Both the position numbers and the translations under genes were made by a program. A DNA stretch of 63,726 nucleotides, the filler included, from Diploschistes diacapsis (lineage: Eukaryota), in assembly GCA_023645945.1 (NCBI GenBank). It is 16 parts of 16 records of this genome, joined end to end, with 100 filler letters (N's around TTAATTAATTAA, not from the genome) between each part and the next. Parts side by side here need not be neighbours in the genome. Positions count along the whole stretch, not along the records: positions 62,322 to 63,726 come from JALAIB010003152.1; 15 more parts are not named here. One strand, 5' to 3'. Positions 63,478-63,726 of the stretch are shown piece after piece. The notes beneath the pieces were generated by a model, which was given only the letters and a program-made list of their open reading frames with translations, had not been told where the DNA came from and searched no databases. Numbering within the stretch: position 1 is the stretch's first letter; each line of letters begins with the position of its first letter.

Positions 63478-63726
63478 GGCATTAAGTTAATATTATTTCG
63501 TTTTAGAAAGCGTATCCTTGTTTCGCTTTTTTAAGTATAACACGGATGTTTATTTCGGTCGCTTGTATAGGTCTTTCGGCAGTACCATTTTCATTTAACG
63601 TGTATAATATTATCGGTTTTATTTAAATTTCTAAACTTCTTTCCTAATTTTCGATTATAGAAATTCGTTTAGGTATATTGTCGAGACGTATCGCTTTTAA
63701 TTATTTACCGCTTTAAAGTTCTATAT

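Overview
Filamentous ascomycete (Pezizomycotina) DNA: short GT-AG introns with CTRAC/CTAAT branch points, and RIP-like AT-rich repeats. The window is not one locus. It is 16 contigs joined by an artificial 100-bp linker (44 N + TTAATTAATTAA + 44 N), so adjacency across linkers means nothing. Contig 1 (1-21280) begins with a ~15-kb accessory-looking island: a sugar-transporter relic, an NLR-TPR relic, an intronless P450, an RPL10 pseudogene, a VOC/glyoxalase gene, a disrupted PNP_UDP-NB-ARC-TPR NLR, a head-to-head pair of a PD-(D/E)XK nuclease-like gene and a divergent non-RD casein-kinase-1-like gene, and an LTR-like repeat. After the island come YAF9, a Zn-dependent dehydrogenase and an amino-acid permease. 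Contig 3 (22896-44099) is mostly core genes: sreA, 3-hydroxyisobutyrate dehydrogenase, Bqt4-like, Rho-GDI, PPG1, a CCHC protein, an amidase, a HeLo-like N-terminal-domain protein and a RIP-eroded gene. The other 14 contigs (~1.4 kb each) are nested, RIP-degraded Ty3/Gypsy, Ty1/Copia and pogo relics, LTRs, and a hAT-type MITE family. The best candidate for an undescribed system is the nuclease-like/kinase pair at 11805-14341, which resembles a split Spok or toxin-antidote module; this is inference. All family calls come from motif recognition by eye; no searches were run.
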